Under the pieces are notes generated by a model. That model had not been told where the DNA came from and did no database searches. It saw nothing but the letters and a program-made list of their open reading frames with translations. The translations under genes and the position numbers were made by a program. Positions 22,783-36,238 of a stretch of 64,000 nt of DNA are shown one piece after another (the stretch's first letter is position 1; every line of letters begins with the position of its first letter). The stretch comes from Mantamonas sphyraenae STR306. Its lineage: Eukaryota; Protista; CRuMs. The stretch lies in contig JAPMXV010000010.1 of assembly GCA_026936335.1 (NCBI GenBank), forward strand, positions 228,483-292,482. Direction: 5' to 3'.

Positions 22783-25700
22783 TCACTTTTTCCCCTTCTT
22801 GGCCTTCTTGCTCGGCCGCGTGCGCTTGTTGCGCTTCCCTTTGCCTGCATCTTCCAGGGCTGCCGCTGCATCGTCCTCTTCCTCCTCCTCTTGCTCCTTC
22901 ATGCGTTTCCTCGCGTTGAACTTGCCCTGGTTCACCTCGTCCTTCACCCCCACCTTGTCTGTCAGATTCAGGTCCGCCTCAATGTCCCGCATGCTGCTGC
23001 TTGTCCACTTGGAGCCGTCAAATGTGCCCTTCGTTTCGCCCTGGATGTCCATGGGGTACGACTCCAACGCAAACACAAGCTTCTCGCGTCGCCCGTACAT
23101 CGTCTTGACCCGGATGCTCACCAGCACGCGGTCAAAGATGTGAAACGTAGTCTTGTCCGACGCCAGCGTCATGGCGTCCTCGTCGTACTCAAAGTCCGTG
23201 CCGATGCGTTCGGCCAACAGCGCCGCCGCCTTGCGGTCATCCTCGTCCACCAGTTTCACACCATCCTGTGACACGTACACCGTGCCCTCGATGCCGTACT
23301 TGGGAATCAACGCCACGATGGCATTCTTTTTCAGGCGCAGCACAACCCCCTCCTCGCGGAACACCCGGCCGCGGAAAAAGATGTGCGAGTGCAGTTCGAT
23401 CGACGCTCGCGAAGAGTGCTGAGCTGCAAGTGTGCGTGTGTTCAGTTCGTTGCACACACCCGTGATCGCCTTGGCGTTCAACAGGTCTGAAGGCAAGTCC
23501 TCCTTGCCTTCGCACGAAGCAAGCAACCTGTGCACCATCACGTCCGCGTATCTTCGGATGGGTGACGTAAAGTGTGTGTACATCGGCTCTGCCAAGCCGT
23601 AATGGTAAAAGTCCGCCAGGTTTGTGTTGCCTGTGCAAAAATACTTGGCAGGGTACATGCAACGCGTCGCCATGATGCGCAGCATCTTGTTGAAGTAAGG
23701 AAACCCTTCCACGTTTGCCTCGTCCAGCGTTTCGCCCAGTCGCTTTGAACTCGACACGTCCAACTCAACCCCCACTGCCTGCGCGGCTCGGATGAGCGGC
23801 TCAAACTTGGCCAGGGTTGGCGACGGATGACATCGGAGCACGGAGCACTCTGGGTATCGCGCATGGATGTGTTTGGCCACTGTCACGTTTGCCAGCAGCA
23901 TAAACTCCTCCACCATGGAGTTGGCCTCCTTCAACTGGTACATCTCCACATCCACGGGGTCCTTGTCCTCGCCTTGCAAGCGGAACTTGACCTCTGGCGA
24001 CGCCAACGACAGCGAGCCGGCCTCCATGCGCCGTTTGCGAAAGATCTTGGCCAGCGAGTTGAGCACCGTCAGATCCTTGGCAATTTGGTCGTTGCTTCCT
24101 TTGTTGTCCAGGTGCATTTGCGCCTGGTCGTAGCTGAGCGAAGCCACAGAGCGGATCACTGTCTTTTCAAAGCGCGGCTCGCCCACCTGGTTCCCGTCTG
24201 CGTCGATGTGCCAGATTACGGAGAACGCAAGGCGGTCGACCTTGGAGCGCAACGAACACAGGTTGGTGCCCAGCAGCGGCGGCAGCATGTCAATGCGCTT
24301 GTTCACCAGATACACACTTGTGCCTCGCTTTGCGGCTTCGTCGTCCAGCGCCGTGCCATACTTGACAAAGTGGGTCACGTCTGCGATGTGCACGCCCACT
24401 TCGTACAGTCCTGGCTCGATTTCGTGAGCATGCAGGGCGTCGTCGATGTCTGTGCACCCGGGCGGGTCCACGCTCATGATGCGCCGTGTCTCGCGAAGAT
24501 CCAGCCGCTTCTTTGCCTCGGCGTCTGTGATTACCCAAGGGTGTGTGGCGTCGACCTGAGGCAGACAGGCAAGCACACGCTGGGAAAACGGCTCGTACGG
24601 CACACCGTGCTCCAGCAACAGCAGCTCGCTCTCCACGTCTCGGTCCCCAATGTCGCCCAGCTCCTTCACAAAGTGACCCTGCGGGTAGCGCGACGTACGA
24701 GACCAGCTGTCGATGGACACCACAATGCGCTTGTCCATCAGCGCATCTGCTTGCCGCGATCGGATGCGCACCTTTGGGATGCACCGCTCCACAGGCAGAA
24801 ACAGGAGCGACGTGCCCGACGCGTTCTCCTCCAACGACCCGCAGTACGGCCTCCAGTTACGCTTGACCACACCCACAACCCGTCCCGTGGGACGCCTCCC
24901 TCCAAACAGCCTCTCCAATTGTTCGGCAGCACGCGCCTTTGCCTTGGCCATCCCTTCCTCGCTGTCCATGCTGTCCTCCACATCGTCATCTGTACTCCCG
25001 TCCACGTCCACGGGCAGGCCGTCAATCAGCCTAGCATACACCTGCATGGCTGCAAACGCATCCTGCTGCTCCTCCAGGACCCATTGCGACGAGGAGGACG
25101 ACGATGACGACGATGACGACGCTGCTTCACGCCTTTTCTTTGCCTCTGTCTCCTCGCTGTCCTCCATGATGGCTGGTTGGTCGTCTAGGTCGGCCTGTGT
25201 GCCCTCGGTGTCGTCCTGCACAACCCGCAGCGTGCGTCGTGGGCTGCTCCATTCGCTGCACGGAAGCAGCTCCAGCACCATCTGGTCGCCGTTCACGCTG
25301 CGGTTCAGATTCTCGGAGCCTTGGATCAGCACGTCCACCTGCACAATCTCCTTGCGCTTCTGATCTGCCTTCTTCAGCTTGCGCACCGTCGAGGCACCCT
25401 GGTTTGCGCTCAAGGGCACCAGCAGCGGCATGTTTGCTTCCAGATAGTTGTCCCAGTTCATCTGGATCATGCCTGCAAACAGAGAGCCCTTTTGAAGGCC
25501 ATGGCTGATTTCGCTTTGGGTCTTGTACGCCGGGAACAACACCTCTCGGGCTCCGCTGCTGCTTCCGCTCTCTTCTTCGCTGCCCTCAGTCACCAGCATG
25601 TCCACCACTTCTGGGTGATCGCTAAACTGTGTCTGTACATACTTGTGCACTGTGTGTATGTGTGTGTGTGTGAGTGTCAGTTGGAAGCGCTTTGTACGCG

Positions 25701-26379
25701 GTGAACCTCGCCCAACTCACCCGTCTCGCCCGTCAGGCCGGCCTCGCGCGCCAGCTTCAGGTTCTCCCGGTCGTTGGTCAGCAGCACCACGCGTACTTTG
25801 CCCTCCAGGTGCTGTTCATACCACTGTGTTGCCACGCGGATTGCTGTTTGCCCGCCGTGCCACCGTGTTTGTGCCCGTGTCAGCATGCGTGCCGCTCAGC
25901 TTCCGTCCGCGTTCCTACTTCAACCGCACCCCAGCCGCAAACGGGCCCTTCTCATCCTTACCTCGGTCGTTCCTGTCGTTTGGTGACTCGTTGCGACGCT
26001 GTGTCACGTACGTTCGTCGGTGGTGCTCGTTGCTAAACACGTAAAAGTTGCGAGAGACGTCTGAGATCACGTCCCGCAAGCGTTTGTACACCGCAAAGTT
26101 GCGGTGGCGCACCTCATTCAGCACCGTCTGCAGCACAATGACGTTTTTGAAGCACGGATGCGACAGAGCGTCCATTTGGTGCAGCACCACGTTTGTGTCG
26201 GGCACAACGTACTCCTCGGCACTGCTTTCCAACGCCGCCGAATACTCGCTGTCCTCCCGTCCACAGTCGTTGCAGTGTCTGGATCCACACCAAATATCGT
26301 CGCGCAGATAGTGCTCCCGCACAATGCGCACCACGCCTCCTCGCCGTGTCTTGCGTGTGAACGAGCGTGCGGCCAGCAT
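22783..26379 (-). CDS. DIS3: Exosome catalytic subunit DIS3/RRP44 (PIN + RNB)
   Basis: VREHYLRDDIWCG, PDTNVVLHQ, ESPNDRNDR, SVDPPGCTDIDDALH and YTHFTSPIRRYAD; two introns. Confidence 0.96.
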
Positions 26380-26506
26380 CTGCAATTCGGGTTGGCTCTC
26401 CCAGCGTGTGGACAACATCACAGCCTCCTGCTCGCAACGGCATCCAACAACTTCTTTGCAAAGAATGTCATTTCTTCTCCTTCATTTCGTTCATCCTGCA
26501 CGGCCC

Positions 26507-28039
26507 TCAATCATTGAAGCCAGCGTCCGTCATCTCACGCTGGGCAATCCGCTCCAAATAGCCCACGTACTGCTGAGCTTTGCCATACATCCTCTGCTCA
26601 TCCTGCTGGTGCTGCCACTCGTTGCGCTGGGCAGCGTACGCATTGTGCCTGTTCTGTGCCGCGCGCTTGCGTGCCAGCACCGCAGACCGCTTCTCCTCTG
26701 TGGCCTCCTTGTCCATGTTGGCGATCTCATGTTTGCGCACGTTGAACCTCTCCTTCTCGTCCACGTACCCTGCGTCTCGCGCTCCGGCATGCGACACGCT
26801 CACCGAGCTCAGCGTGTCCGGACGGCAGCCAAACCGGCTGGTGTTGTGCTTGAACCGACTCTCCTTGCGTTTTGCCAGCCCTTGTCTGCGCTCCCCCTCT
26901 CTGTGGAACAGTGCTTCCTTGCGTGCCTCTTCGCTGTTTTCCACCTTGCCCGATTGCCGCACACGAACCTCGCCACTCTCCTCCCGCTCGCCCTTGATCA
27001 CAACTCCGCCAATCTTGGCTTTTTCCTCCCACGCTGCCCCTGCTGCAGGCCTTGCCAGTCTCGAGCTCGATCCTCCTTGTTCACCCCTGTGCACCACTGT
27101 CACCTGCAGCTGCCGAGCGCTGCGTCGCTGCGGCGTCCCCTGCTGCTCCTGCATCGTCTCCTTCAACGAACCATGATCGTAAAACTGTTTGGAAAAGTAT
27201 GTGCGTGCGCGGCTCTCTGCAGAAAGCACGTACGCACTCTGTGGCCGCTTCTGGCTCCCCCTGCGTCGGCTGCTTTGACCCTGAGCCGAATCCTCGCTGC
27301 TCTCCTCCTCCTCATCTCCATACCTGTGTCGACGCATGCCCAGTGATGTGGAAGAACGCAATGGGAAACTGTTCAGACCACGTTGCCTGTAGTCCACAAT
27401 GTCGCTGCTCTCGAACGTCCGCTCCTTCTGCTCACCACACAACGGTCGAAAATTCGTGTCAATTGCCTCGCCCACTCCCACCGCGTCTTTGCCCACATCC
27501 AGCACGTAATTTCCCTTTGCCATTGCACCCTTTTCCGTGCCCCACGCACTCACCTCGGTTTCTGGATACTTTTCAGGCACGTTCTGCCGCGACAACGTTT
27601 CCTGCCGCTGCTGCACACGTGCCTCCAGCTCATCGCTCCTGTTCACCAGCGTCTCGTAGTATTGCATCCTGTTGGTGCGTCCAAGGTTCCGCCGCACCTT
27701 GCGTGTCGTTGTCCCCACCATGGAGCCAACCCCGCCTGATTTGCCCAGTTCCACTTGCTTTTTGTCCAGCGTCCGACGCCCGTTCTCCACACGGTTGGCC
27801 ACAAGCCGCGCGTGACGCTTCTCCTCCACTTCCAGTGGCAGGGCCCGTCTGTTTGGCTTTTCCTTTTCCTCACGCGGCACGTAGAACGGCTTCCGGTGCC
27901 GCCGCGACGTTGCGTGAGCAGATTTCGGCCGGATTCGACTGTGCTCCAGCCCACGCTGGGTGATTTCGTATCCAGTCCGTCGCGATGTCACGTCCAAATC
28001 CTCTTCAACCTCTTCTCTCTTCTTCCGCAGTGTGGACAT
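26507..28039 (-). CDS. Hypothetical basic/coiled-coil protein
   Basis: Open frame of about 510 codons, charged, with a helical C-terminus; no family recognised. Confidence 0.55.
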   Translation of the reverse strand: MSTLRKKREEVEEDLDVTSRRTGYEITQRGLEHSRIRPKSAHATSRRHRKPFYVPREEKEKPNRRALPLEVEEKRHARLVANRVENGRRTLDKKQVELGKSGGVGSMVGTTTRKVRRNLGRTNRMQYYETLVNRSDELEARVQQRQETLSRQNVPEKYPETEVSAWGTEKGAMAKGNYVLDVGKDAVGVGEAIDTNFRPLCGEQKERTFESSDIVDYRQRGLNSFPLRSSTSLGMRRHRYGDEEEESSEDSAQGQSSRRRGSQKRPQSAYVLSAESRARTYFSKQFYDHGSLKETMQEQQGTPQRRSARQLQVTVVHRGEQGGSSSRLARPAAGAAWEEKAKIGGVVIKGEREESGEVRVRQSGKVENSEEARKEALFHREGERRQGLAKRKESRFKHNTSRFGCRPDTLSSVSVSHAGARDAGYVDEKERFNVRKHEIANMDKEATEEKRSAVLARKRAAQNRHNAYAAQRNEWQHQQDEQRMYGKAQQYVGYLERIAQREMTDAGFND

Positions 28040-28082
28040 GAAACGAGGGTGTTTGTTTTGCTCCAATCACGCACTGCCTCAC

Positions 28083-30806
28083 TCACCACCCGTGCATGCC
28101 ACCTTGTGGCTGCACAACCATCATCTGCTCCTCGTTGGGATCCCACTCGCCCTCCACCAGCTCCGAGGCCAGGTTGAAAAAGGTCTCCTCCAGCACCAGC
28201 TCCGCAAGCTCCTGGAAACTCTTGAGCTTGAGCACATTGCGCTGCTGTCGTGCCTTTTCCTCCTCCATCTCCTCGATGGCTGCCTGCCGTTCTGCCTCGG
28301 CCTCGCGCACCATTTCGCTGCTTGTCATGGATGCTTCCTCGTCCTCGCCAGCCTGCCAAACTTCCTCGTGCGCTTCCCGTTCGCGCTCCACATCCTGCGT
28401 GAAGCCTGCGCGGCTCTCCGATCGCACGGCGGCCACAACACTCTCGCGGTCGTCGTCGTCATTGTCGTCTTGGGTACTGGCGAGTCCCTGGTCCGCTGCT
28501 CGGAAAGTGCCCACTTGGTTGCGGCCCAGGCTCTTGTACAGCGGCTTCTCTTGCATCTGCGCGTAGTACGGAGTGGCCTCCTGTTCCACGGCCGTCGGGA
28601 TGCTGCGGATGGTCACGTCGTCCATGATGTCCCGCAACAGCAATGTCAGGATATCCGCACTCAGTGTCTTTTGCTCGTCCGCCGCCTGCTGGCTGACCAC
28701 CACACTCTCGTCCTCGTTGGCCATGGCCGACGGCAGAGCCAGCTTGTGCACCGACGCCACAAACTTGTTGTGTGGCACAAACATCTCTTCCATCGACGTG
28801 TCTTGCCTCTGCTTCAGTTGCTCCGGGGTGTACACACGCGCGTGCACTCCAACCTGGATGGTGAACGGACGGATGGCCTCCGTGTCGTACAGCATCTCAC
28901 CCAGCTCCACCAGCGACTTTTCCTTCAGCTCGCGCTTGCTTGCAGTCACGCGTCGGCCCGTGCCCGACATGCCCGTCCCGCCCAGCGACGACTCATTCAG
29001 AGACGCCAGCAGGTGACCGCGCCCGGACGACGAACCTCCCACGCGTTGTTGCAGTGTCGTGTGCAGACTGTCTGCACTCTGTTTGTGCAGGCTCGCACGC
29101 AGCGACTCTTCCATGTTGCGGATGCCCCGCGGTGTGCTCACAAACGTATCGTGTGCCTCGGCAACCACCTGCTCGTCCTTCTCCATGCGCGACAACTCCC
29201 GCAGCTTGCGTCGGTGCTCCTTTTGTGCACTGACGTTGTCCACAATGCACGCAATGTCAAAGTCGTAGATGTACGGCCGGTTGGTCGCCTGGAACGTGAT
29301 CTTGATCGGCAGCGCCTCGCCAGGTTCCAGCGTCCCTGCACTCGGCGTGATGGTCAGCACCTTGGCCGCCACCTCGTTTTCGAACGAGTCCCACTGGAAC
29401 TTGAGCGTGTCCGTGTCGCTCGAATTGGACAACACCACCATGCGCCTGTGCACGCTGTATGTGCACAGATCGCCGTACACAAGCCGCTCCATCGACAGAA
29501 ACGCCAATTGGCCAGGGATGGGCAGTGCCTGCACCAGCGGTGCCACCACCATCTGCTTGTCTCGCGCTTCGGCCATCATCTTTTCGGCGTCCCGCGGGTG
29601 GAATCCACGTCCGCGCAGTTCCAGCACCTGCACAACCTCGTTGTCCACCACCACTGGCACACGCACGCTGTACACCTTGTCCTCCAGCGGCTTGAACAAC
29701 CAGCGCACAGACGTGCTGTCGCCTGGCAGCAGAGTGCCGCCTGGGTTCTCGCACACCAACACGTCAAAGTCGTAGTTGGCTGCACACAACGCGTTCACCT
29801 CGCTCATGTCCAGGCGGAAGCTCACCTCTTGGCTGCAGTCGTTAAACACTTCCAGACACTGCACCGGCGGGTCTGTTTCCCCAATGGCCACCGGTTCAAA
29901 CTCGTGCTGCGTGTTTTCAAACTGCAGGTGCTTTTCGTACTCGTCCAGCGTCACGCCGTGCAGATCCAGCACCACGCGGTGGCCTCGCTCCAGATCCAAC
30001 ACCAGCTCCAGGTCGTGTGCGCCCACGTGCGTGTGCAGGTAGCTCATCTGCACCATCACGCTTTCGCCTGCCGCCAGCGTGCCCTGGTTCGGCTCCACTT
30101 GAAACAGACGGTTGTCCAGAATAAACTCCTGGCGCAGCATCTCCCTGTCGGGCAAGCCGGCGTCCGCCCAGTGTTCCATGTCCACGCCCACGTCGTTCGG
30201 GTACTTCATGTGCCACTGCGTGGGCTGACTGCCCGGGTTGGCCAGCTTCAGAAACACCGTCGTCGGCACGGCCTCCCACACTCCTGCGCTGAAATCAAGC
30301 CTGAAGCGTTGAAAGTTGTCCAGGTTGTCCACGTCCCGTGCGTGCGACGCCGCACCCAACAGTTGCTGGCTCTCGTTGATGCGGATTTCCGGCCCGTCCA
30401 ACTCGGCGCGCAGCTTGTCGTTGAGCGGGCCCAGCGACAGCATCTTCCACAGACGCGACTTGCTGAAGCGCTGGCACTGCACATCCACCACCTGCAGCAG
30501 CGGCTGGCAACCCACACCGGTGACCAGGGTTCGTGGGAAGGTGGCCGGATCCACTCCTGGCAGCAGGGGACTGCCAGTGGCCACCGCTTCTGCCACCTTG
30601 GCATTGGCCTTTGCTTTGCTGCTGCTCCTTCCGCCACTGCTTGTGTTTGTGCGTGCGCTGCGTCCACTTGGCTGGCCCCCGTTGAAAGTCACGGGCACCT
30701 TGCGTTTGCCGCGGCGCTTGCTTCCAGGCCTGTGCGACATGATCTTGGCCATTTCTGCGTCCGAGTACATCGAATCCATGCCCAAACCTTCGTTCTCTTC
30801 GCTCGA

Positions 30807-30846
<40 letters not shown>

Positions 30847-33800
30847 TGCTCCGTGAATCGCGACGGTGCAAGTCCCAGCGCAGCCGAGGATGCGCCTGCG
30901 TGCACCTGCGAAGCTGAGGACGACGACGACGCGCCGCCATCACGCTGTACAATGGCACAGACGATTTCAAACTCGTAGTCTGTGTGCTGTCGCGGCGAGA
31001 AAAACACCTTGACTGGCCGGCTAGCACGCGCTGGCACGGTGCCTGCAGGTGGGTCGAATCGTAGGAACATGTCGTAGTGTTCGATCTCCTCCTGCGTGTC
31101 CGGATAGTGCACCTTGAGCTCGTAGTCCAGGTCCACGTAGCCTGCGTTGAGCACCGTGAGCTCCTTTTCGGCGGTGGTGAGCACCACCACCTCGCGAAAG
31201 TCCATGTGGCTGGGTTCCAGGCTCAACGAGCCTGCCAATCCCTCGCCAAACACAGTGACCTGGATACTCTCTGCGTGCTGGCTGTGGTTGCCCGCGCTGA
31301 CCCTGCCCGACGATTGCGACAACTGCTGGCCGTCCAGCTCGGCTACCGAGGTGACGGCACACCTCACCCTGTGTTTGTACTGGCGTTCCGAGCGTGGCAT
31401 GAAGCGCCAGGTGATTTCGGTGCTCTGATTGCCCTGAAGCAAGCCTGCCGACGGCTCGACCTCTAGAAGCGAGCTCAACTCCTGAGGCACGAGCCACTGG
31501 TAGCGCACGGGAATGCGCGACGGGTTTGTGATCAGGTAGCGTTTGTGGGACGCCGTGCCGATGCAGGTGGGTTTGAAAAACACACGTGCGCCGTTGTCTG
31601 CCACCAGCTTGGGCACAAACCCGGTACCGTGCAGTTGCACACGCACCGTGTTGACGGTGGAGCCGTTCAACATCACGGTGAGGTTGTGGCGGTACACTTG
31701 CTGAGCATCCGGGTTGAAGCGCACTCCGACAATCTGAAACTCGTTGGGACGGATCACGCCGTTGCTCGGTTTGCAATGGAACACGTGCGCGTCATCCTGC
31801 AGGATTTGGAAGCGCACGGCAGTATCGCCCCGGTTGGTGAGCAAAAACGTCTGGAAGGCGTCGTTGCTGACATGCGAAGGCGGAAAGATGATCTCCGGCC
31901 TGTTGCTGGCCACCTCGGGGATAAACTGGTCGAGCGACGGCACGGTGTTGCCTGTGGCAAACACCTCGAGGTTCCAGGGAGGACATACGGTGGCCTCGCT
32001 GACCAGACGGAAGTTGCGCATGGTCTTGTAGGACACCTGGCACTGCATCGTGTTGGCAAACGTCTGGTTGCTCATGTCTGGGCGGAAGCCGACCTTGAAA
32101 GCAAACTCGCTGCCCGGTTTGATGTCGGCCGTGCTCGGGGTCACGTTGAAGAACTGCGGGCACTCGTTTGCGTCGGAACAGGTGGTGCGTGTCATCTGCG
32201 TGCCGCTGTATGTGCTGCTGTACTCCAGAGAACGCGACGTGTCGCGCGGTTCAATCCAGTTTGCAGTCACCTTGCCCTTGGTGTTGTTGGTGATGGTGAT
32301 GACATGGTAGTCGGCGGCGCGCAGATGCGAGCACTGGCCAAACTCGATCACGGTGGCGTCCAGATGGACCTCTTTGCGAACGTCGTCATCGTCCGCAAAG
32401 AAGGAGGCCCATGACTCGCTCTCTGGTCGTTTGCGTGCACGCGGCGCCTCCCGATCACTGGCCACAGTCTTCATGCGGCGAATGGTGCTGAGTTTGCTGC
32501 GGTACGTGACCTGGCCCGAGTTTTTGTCGTTGCCCTCTGGGTCGTCGTCCTCGTCGCCGTTGTCGCCGCCGCGCTCACGCAGTGCGTCCTCCAGCAGTTC
32601 AGGAGGGAGCAAAGAGAGGCCTGATCGCTTGCGGTCGTAGTAGCGCGAGATGTGGCGCTGGTAGATGGGAGGTGGACGCTGGTTGAGGTCGTAGCCTGTG
32701 CCAATGAGGTCGAGATGGACAGGCTGCTGGTTGAGCACGAGGCAAAAGACGCGCTTGTAATAGTTGATGGGGTGAGTGGGCGTAAAGGTGAGGGTGAGGT
32801 GTGTGCTGACGTGCGGAGCGAGGGTGCCCTGGATGACGGGGAAGGAGAAGGCGCCAAAGTACTCGTTCTCAAAGTTGAAATAGGCCGGCGAGTCGGAGTC
32901 GTTGTGGAGGTAGACGACCTTGGTAGCGCTGGAGCCCAGCTGTACATTGCCAAAGTTGAGCGAGGTTGTGCTGAGAGAAAAGTTGGGGCCGATGGCGTTT
33001 GCGGTGCACTTGATGGTGACGATGTTGCCTCCGGGAGTGGTGACCTGAAAGGTGTCTGCTGAGAAGAGACCGGCGGTGTGGGGCTGGTAGGACAGGGTGA
33101 GGGTCTGGGACTGGCCTGGCTGGATGACGCCTTTGCGGGCACTCCAGGTGAAGGCCGGATCGTAGTCATCCTCGACGCGGGAGATGGCCCACGTGGCGCG
33201 CACAAGCGATATGTTCTCCAGAGTAAGGGTGCGCGTGGGGTTTGCCTCGAGGCGGACATCGCCAAAGTCGATTTCCTTTGTGCTAGCCTTCAGGAACGGA
33301 TACTTGCCGATGCCCTGGAGCTCGAGGGCAAACTGGCGGTGATTGAGGACGGTAGCAACGGCAGTGGCAAGCATGACGGAGGCGTCTGTGGGAGAAAAGG
33401 TGGCCGTAAAGGTTTGGGTGGCGCCTGGTTTGAGGGTGGCCTGTGCAGGGGCAATGCTGAATGGTGCAGCAATCTGCCAGGAGACGACAGCGTCGAGCTC
33501 GCCGTCGTTGATGACTTGAAAGTCTGCAGAAGTGTGCTCGTTGACGGGGCAGTAGCTAAAGTCGAGGTTCTCGGGCACGCGGACGCTGATGAACTTGAGG
33601 GTAGCGCGGATGGGGACACGGTAGGAGCCCTCGTCGGTGTAAAACTCGACAAAGTCGTCGTAAGGTTCCTGTGGTGTGGGAGGTGTGTGATGTGTGAGCG
33701 GATGCGGCGAGGGAGGCGGCGGGGGGGAACGAAGGATGGGCAACGGTCACCGGCGCGAGAGGCAACGGACGGGGACTAAAGAGGCAGGCGGGATGGATGG

Positions 33801-34296
33801 GGTTGTTGGCAGGGCATGGAAGGGAGTGTGGGACACAGGGGATGTGTGGGCATGGAGAGGGGATGTAGAAAGGGCGGTAGGGCATATGGGAGGCTGGGTT
33901 GTGCAGAGGCGGCAAAGAGGTTTTGGCGGCTGAGGAGTGGGGACGAACCTTTTTCACGGGCCTAAAGGTGACATTGATGGTTGTGGACATGCCAGCACTG
34001 AGAATGATGGTCTCTGGGAATTCCATAGAGAAGTAGCGCGTCTTTGGCAGCTTGTAGCGGAACTTGATGGCCGCTGTGGTGACGTTTCGGACGTGCAGCT
34101 TCTTCACGTAGTCGCCGCCCGGCTCCCAGCTGTGCCAGTCGAGGCCTGAGCCAAAGTCGAGACCCAGCTTCTGGATACGTGGTTTGGAACGGGTAGGCAC
34201 GGCTCGTGCCTTGAAGGTGCCGTCCTTGTTGCGCGTAGACGCCAACATGGACGTGCTCGCGAGCCGGTGCTGGCGACGCGGAGACCGGGTGCTCAT
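28083..34296 (-). CDS. CFAP65: Cilia- and flagella-associated protein 65 (CCDC108), multiple ASH/PapD-like Ig domains
   Basis: WEPGGDYVKKLHVRNV...YKLPKTRYF...VTFRP...YDDFVEF N-terminus, PINYYKRVFCLV, and repeated F.v.P..G.l.P Ig motifs. Intron 33669-33948. Confidence 0.88.
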
Positions 34297-34508
34297 GGGT
34301 GTTGGGTTGGTTGAAGCTGGGCCGAGGGAATGACCGAAGGAGACCAAGGGGGAGTACGCAGTGATGAATGGAGCAGTGTGATGGCGAATGAGCAGTGGCG
34401 GGGCAGATGGAGGGGATGGAATGTGCGTGCGTGAGGGACGAGACGGGGAAAAGCAACGGGGTTGCATCTGCACAATTGAGAATTTGTTGTGTGTGTGCGT
34501 GTGGAGGA

Positions 34509-35540
34509 TCACTTGGGGTTCTGGATGGGGAGGAAGAGCTTGAACTCGGCGGGGAGCTCCTCCTCGGAGTAGAGGCGGTCGGAGAAATAGATTCGGCGGA
34601 TGCGGCAGTTGGCATGGATCTGCACACGCAGGGTCTCGATGTAGTTGGTGCCGTAGGCACGGCGAGTGAAATCAGAGAGGTTGAACTGAATCTGGTTCCA
34701 GCCCTCGTCGAGGCGCATGGGCATGGTGCAGATGAAGGGCTTGACGCGCGTGGTGGACTGGTAGTTGCTTGCGCGGAAGCGACGGCGAATGTTCTTGTCG
34801 TCGAGCACTGTGACTTCAAAGGTAAAGTACTTCTTGAGCTGTGTTGTGTTGTGTGTCGGAAAGGCCAAAGGGGGAGCAGAGACGACGGGAGCGCGGGATG
34901 TCAGAGAGGGTCCGGTTTTGGAACGGGGGGAGGGGCTGAAGAGTGCGGGATGGACGTGAAAGGGGTAGGGTATGGGTGTGGGCGTGCGGGTTGCCAACGT
35001 ACGTTTTTGATGATCATGACCAGGAAGGGCAGCTTGATACCGAGCGTCTTCTTCTTGCTGGCCGGGCAGGTGATGTAGTTGGTCGAGACGTTGGTCCCCA
35101 TGATTTCCAGCACACAGGACTGGATATCCGGGTCTGTGATCCTCTTGATGTGACCGTTGCGCACTGTGAGGATGCGAAGGATGAGGTGAAGAGGGAAGGG
35201 TGTTGCGACAGGCACGTGTGAAGGGAGGGTGGGGTGTGAGCGAATTGTGAACGGCGGTTGGCTGGCGGGTGCACGCGCGGTAACTGCCGATGCGAGATGG
35301 ATGGAAAGCAGGCAAGGACTCACCCGTCTTGTCCCAGATCTGAAGGGGTTTGCTCCTGTAGGTAGGAAGGGGCAGGGGGAAGCGTGTGTGAGGAGTGGCC
35401 CGGGCGAGAAGCAATACTTGGGCTTTTTTCTCGCTCCGGGGGGCTTGGGCGCATTTTGCAGGGCGCGCACAGGGACAGGACACGTACCCGACACTGTAAA
35501 GAATGGACAAAAAGCCCGACTGGAATGTGTTCTTGAACAT
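34509..35540 (-). CDS. CFAP20: Cilia- and flagella-associated protein 20 (BUG22)
   Basis: [24 protein letters not shown] and [11 protein letters not shown]...[23 protein letters not shown] are near-invariant; multi-exon. Confidence 0.97.
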   Translation of the reverse strand: MFKNTFQSGFLSILYSVGYVSCPCARPAKCAQAPRSEKKAQVLLLARATPHTRFPLPLPTYRSKPLQIWDKTGESLPAFHPSRIGSYRACTRQPTAVHNSLTPHPPFTRACRNTLPSSPHPSHPHSAQRSHQEDHRPGYPVLCAGNHGDQRLDQLHHLPGQQEEDARYQAALPGHDHQKRTLATRTPTPIPYPFHVHPALFSPSPRSKTGPSLTSRAPVVSAPPLAFPTHNTTQLKKYFTFEVTVLDDKNIRRRFRASNYQSTTRVKPFICTMPMRLDEGWNQIQFNLSDFTRRAYGTNYIETLRVQIHANCRIRRIYFSDRLYSEEELPAEFKLFLPIQNPK

Positions 35541-36238
35541 GGTGCCGCTCGTGTGGGTTTGTCTGTGGGTATTGGAGTCGGCCGGACGTGTGAGTGGGCA
35601 ACGGTCACCTGGGTCGAGGGAGGCGTGGAGGCACAGGGTTGGCCTGCGAGGCACCAAGGGTCACGAGCAGCACACACACATGCGCAGCACGTGTACAAAC
35701 ACACGCGGCAATCATGTGCACGTGTGCAGACACAAATGCACACATGGGCGTGACGCAGGGTCGGCTCGTCGATCACTCGACCAACGGCTCCTTTTTCCTG
35801 AGCGACGCCTGCACTCAGCCAGACGTGTTGCACACGTGCAGAGGCCGTGGGTCGACGGCAGGTGCAATTTTGCATGTGTTTGCACGCTGGCCAAGCGCGA
35901 GCGAGGTCAAGGGTGCGCGGCAGAGGCGTGTTTTGTGCGGAGCTTGTGTGTCGCACAATTTCGCCGTGCACTCGAACGAGAGGTCGACACGCTGCGACGC
36001 ACACAATGCGCGAGGCAGACGCGCCTCGCCTTTTTGGTGTCGACCGTGTGTGCGTGTGTGTGTGTGTGTGTGCGTGTGTACGCTTGTGGCATGCAGGGGT
36101 GTTGGAAATGACGTACAAAGGGTGGGGCGGGTTTCGTTTGTTGCAGGCGGGCGGCTGCTGGTTCCCACGCTTGCATCACAGTCACAGAACACCTTGGTTC
36201 TGTTCTGTTGCACTCCGGGCGCACGGATGGATCCGGAT

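Noticed and set aside
27960-30917. Long antisense ORFs (e.g. 985 aa here; also 8645-10270, 35594-37513, 56057-58840)
   Set aside because: Shadow frames of real genes in GC-rich, codon-biased DNA; no motifs.
26507-35540. Ciliary gene cluster as a co-regulated system
   Set aside because: Only two confirmed ciliary genes are adjacent, which is expected by chance in a flagellate.
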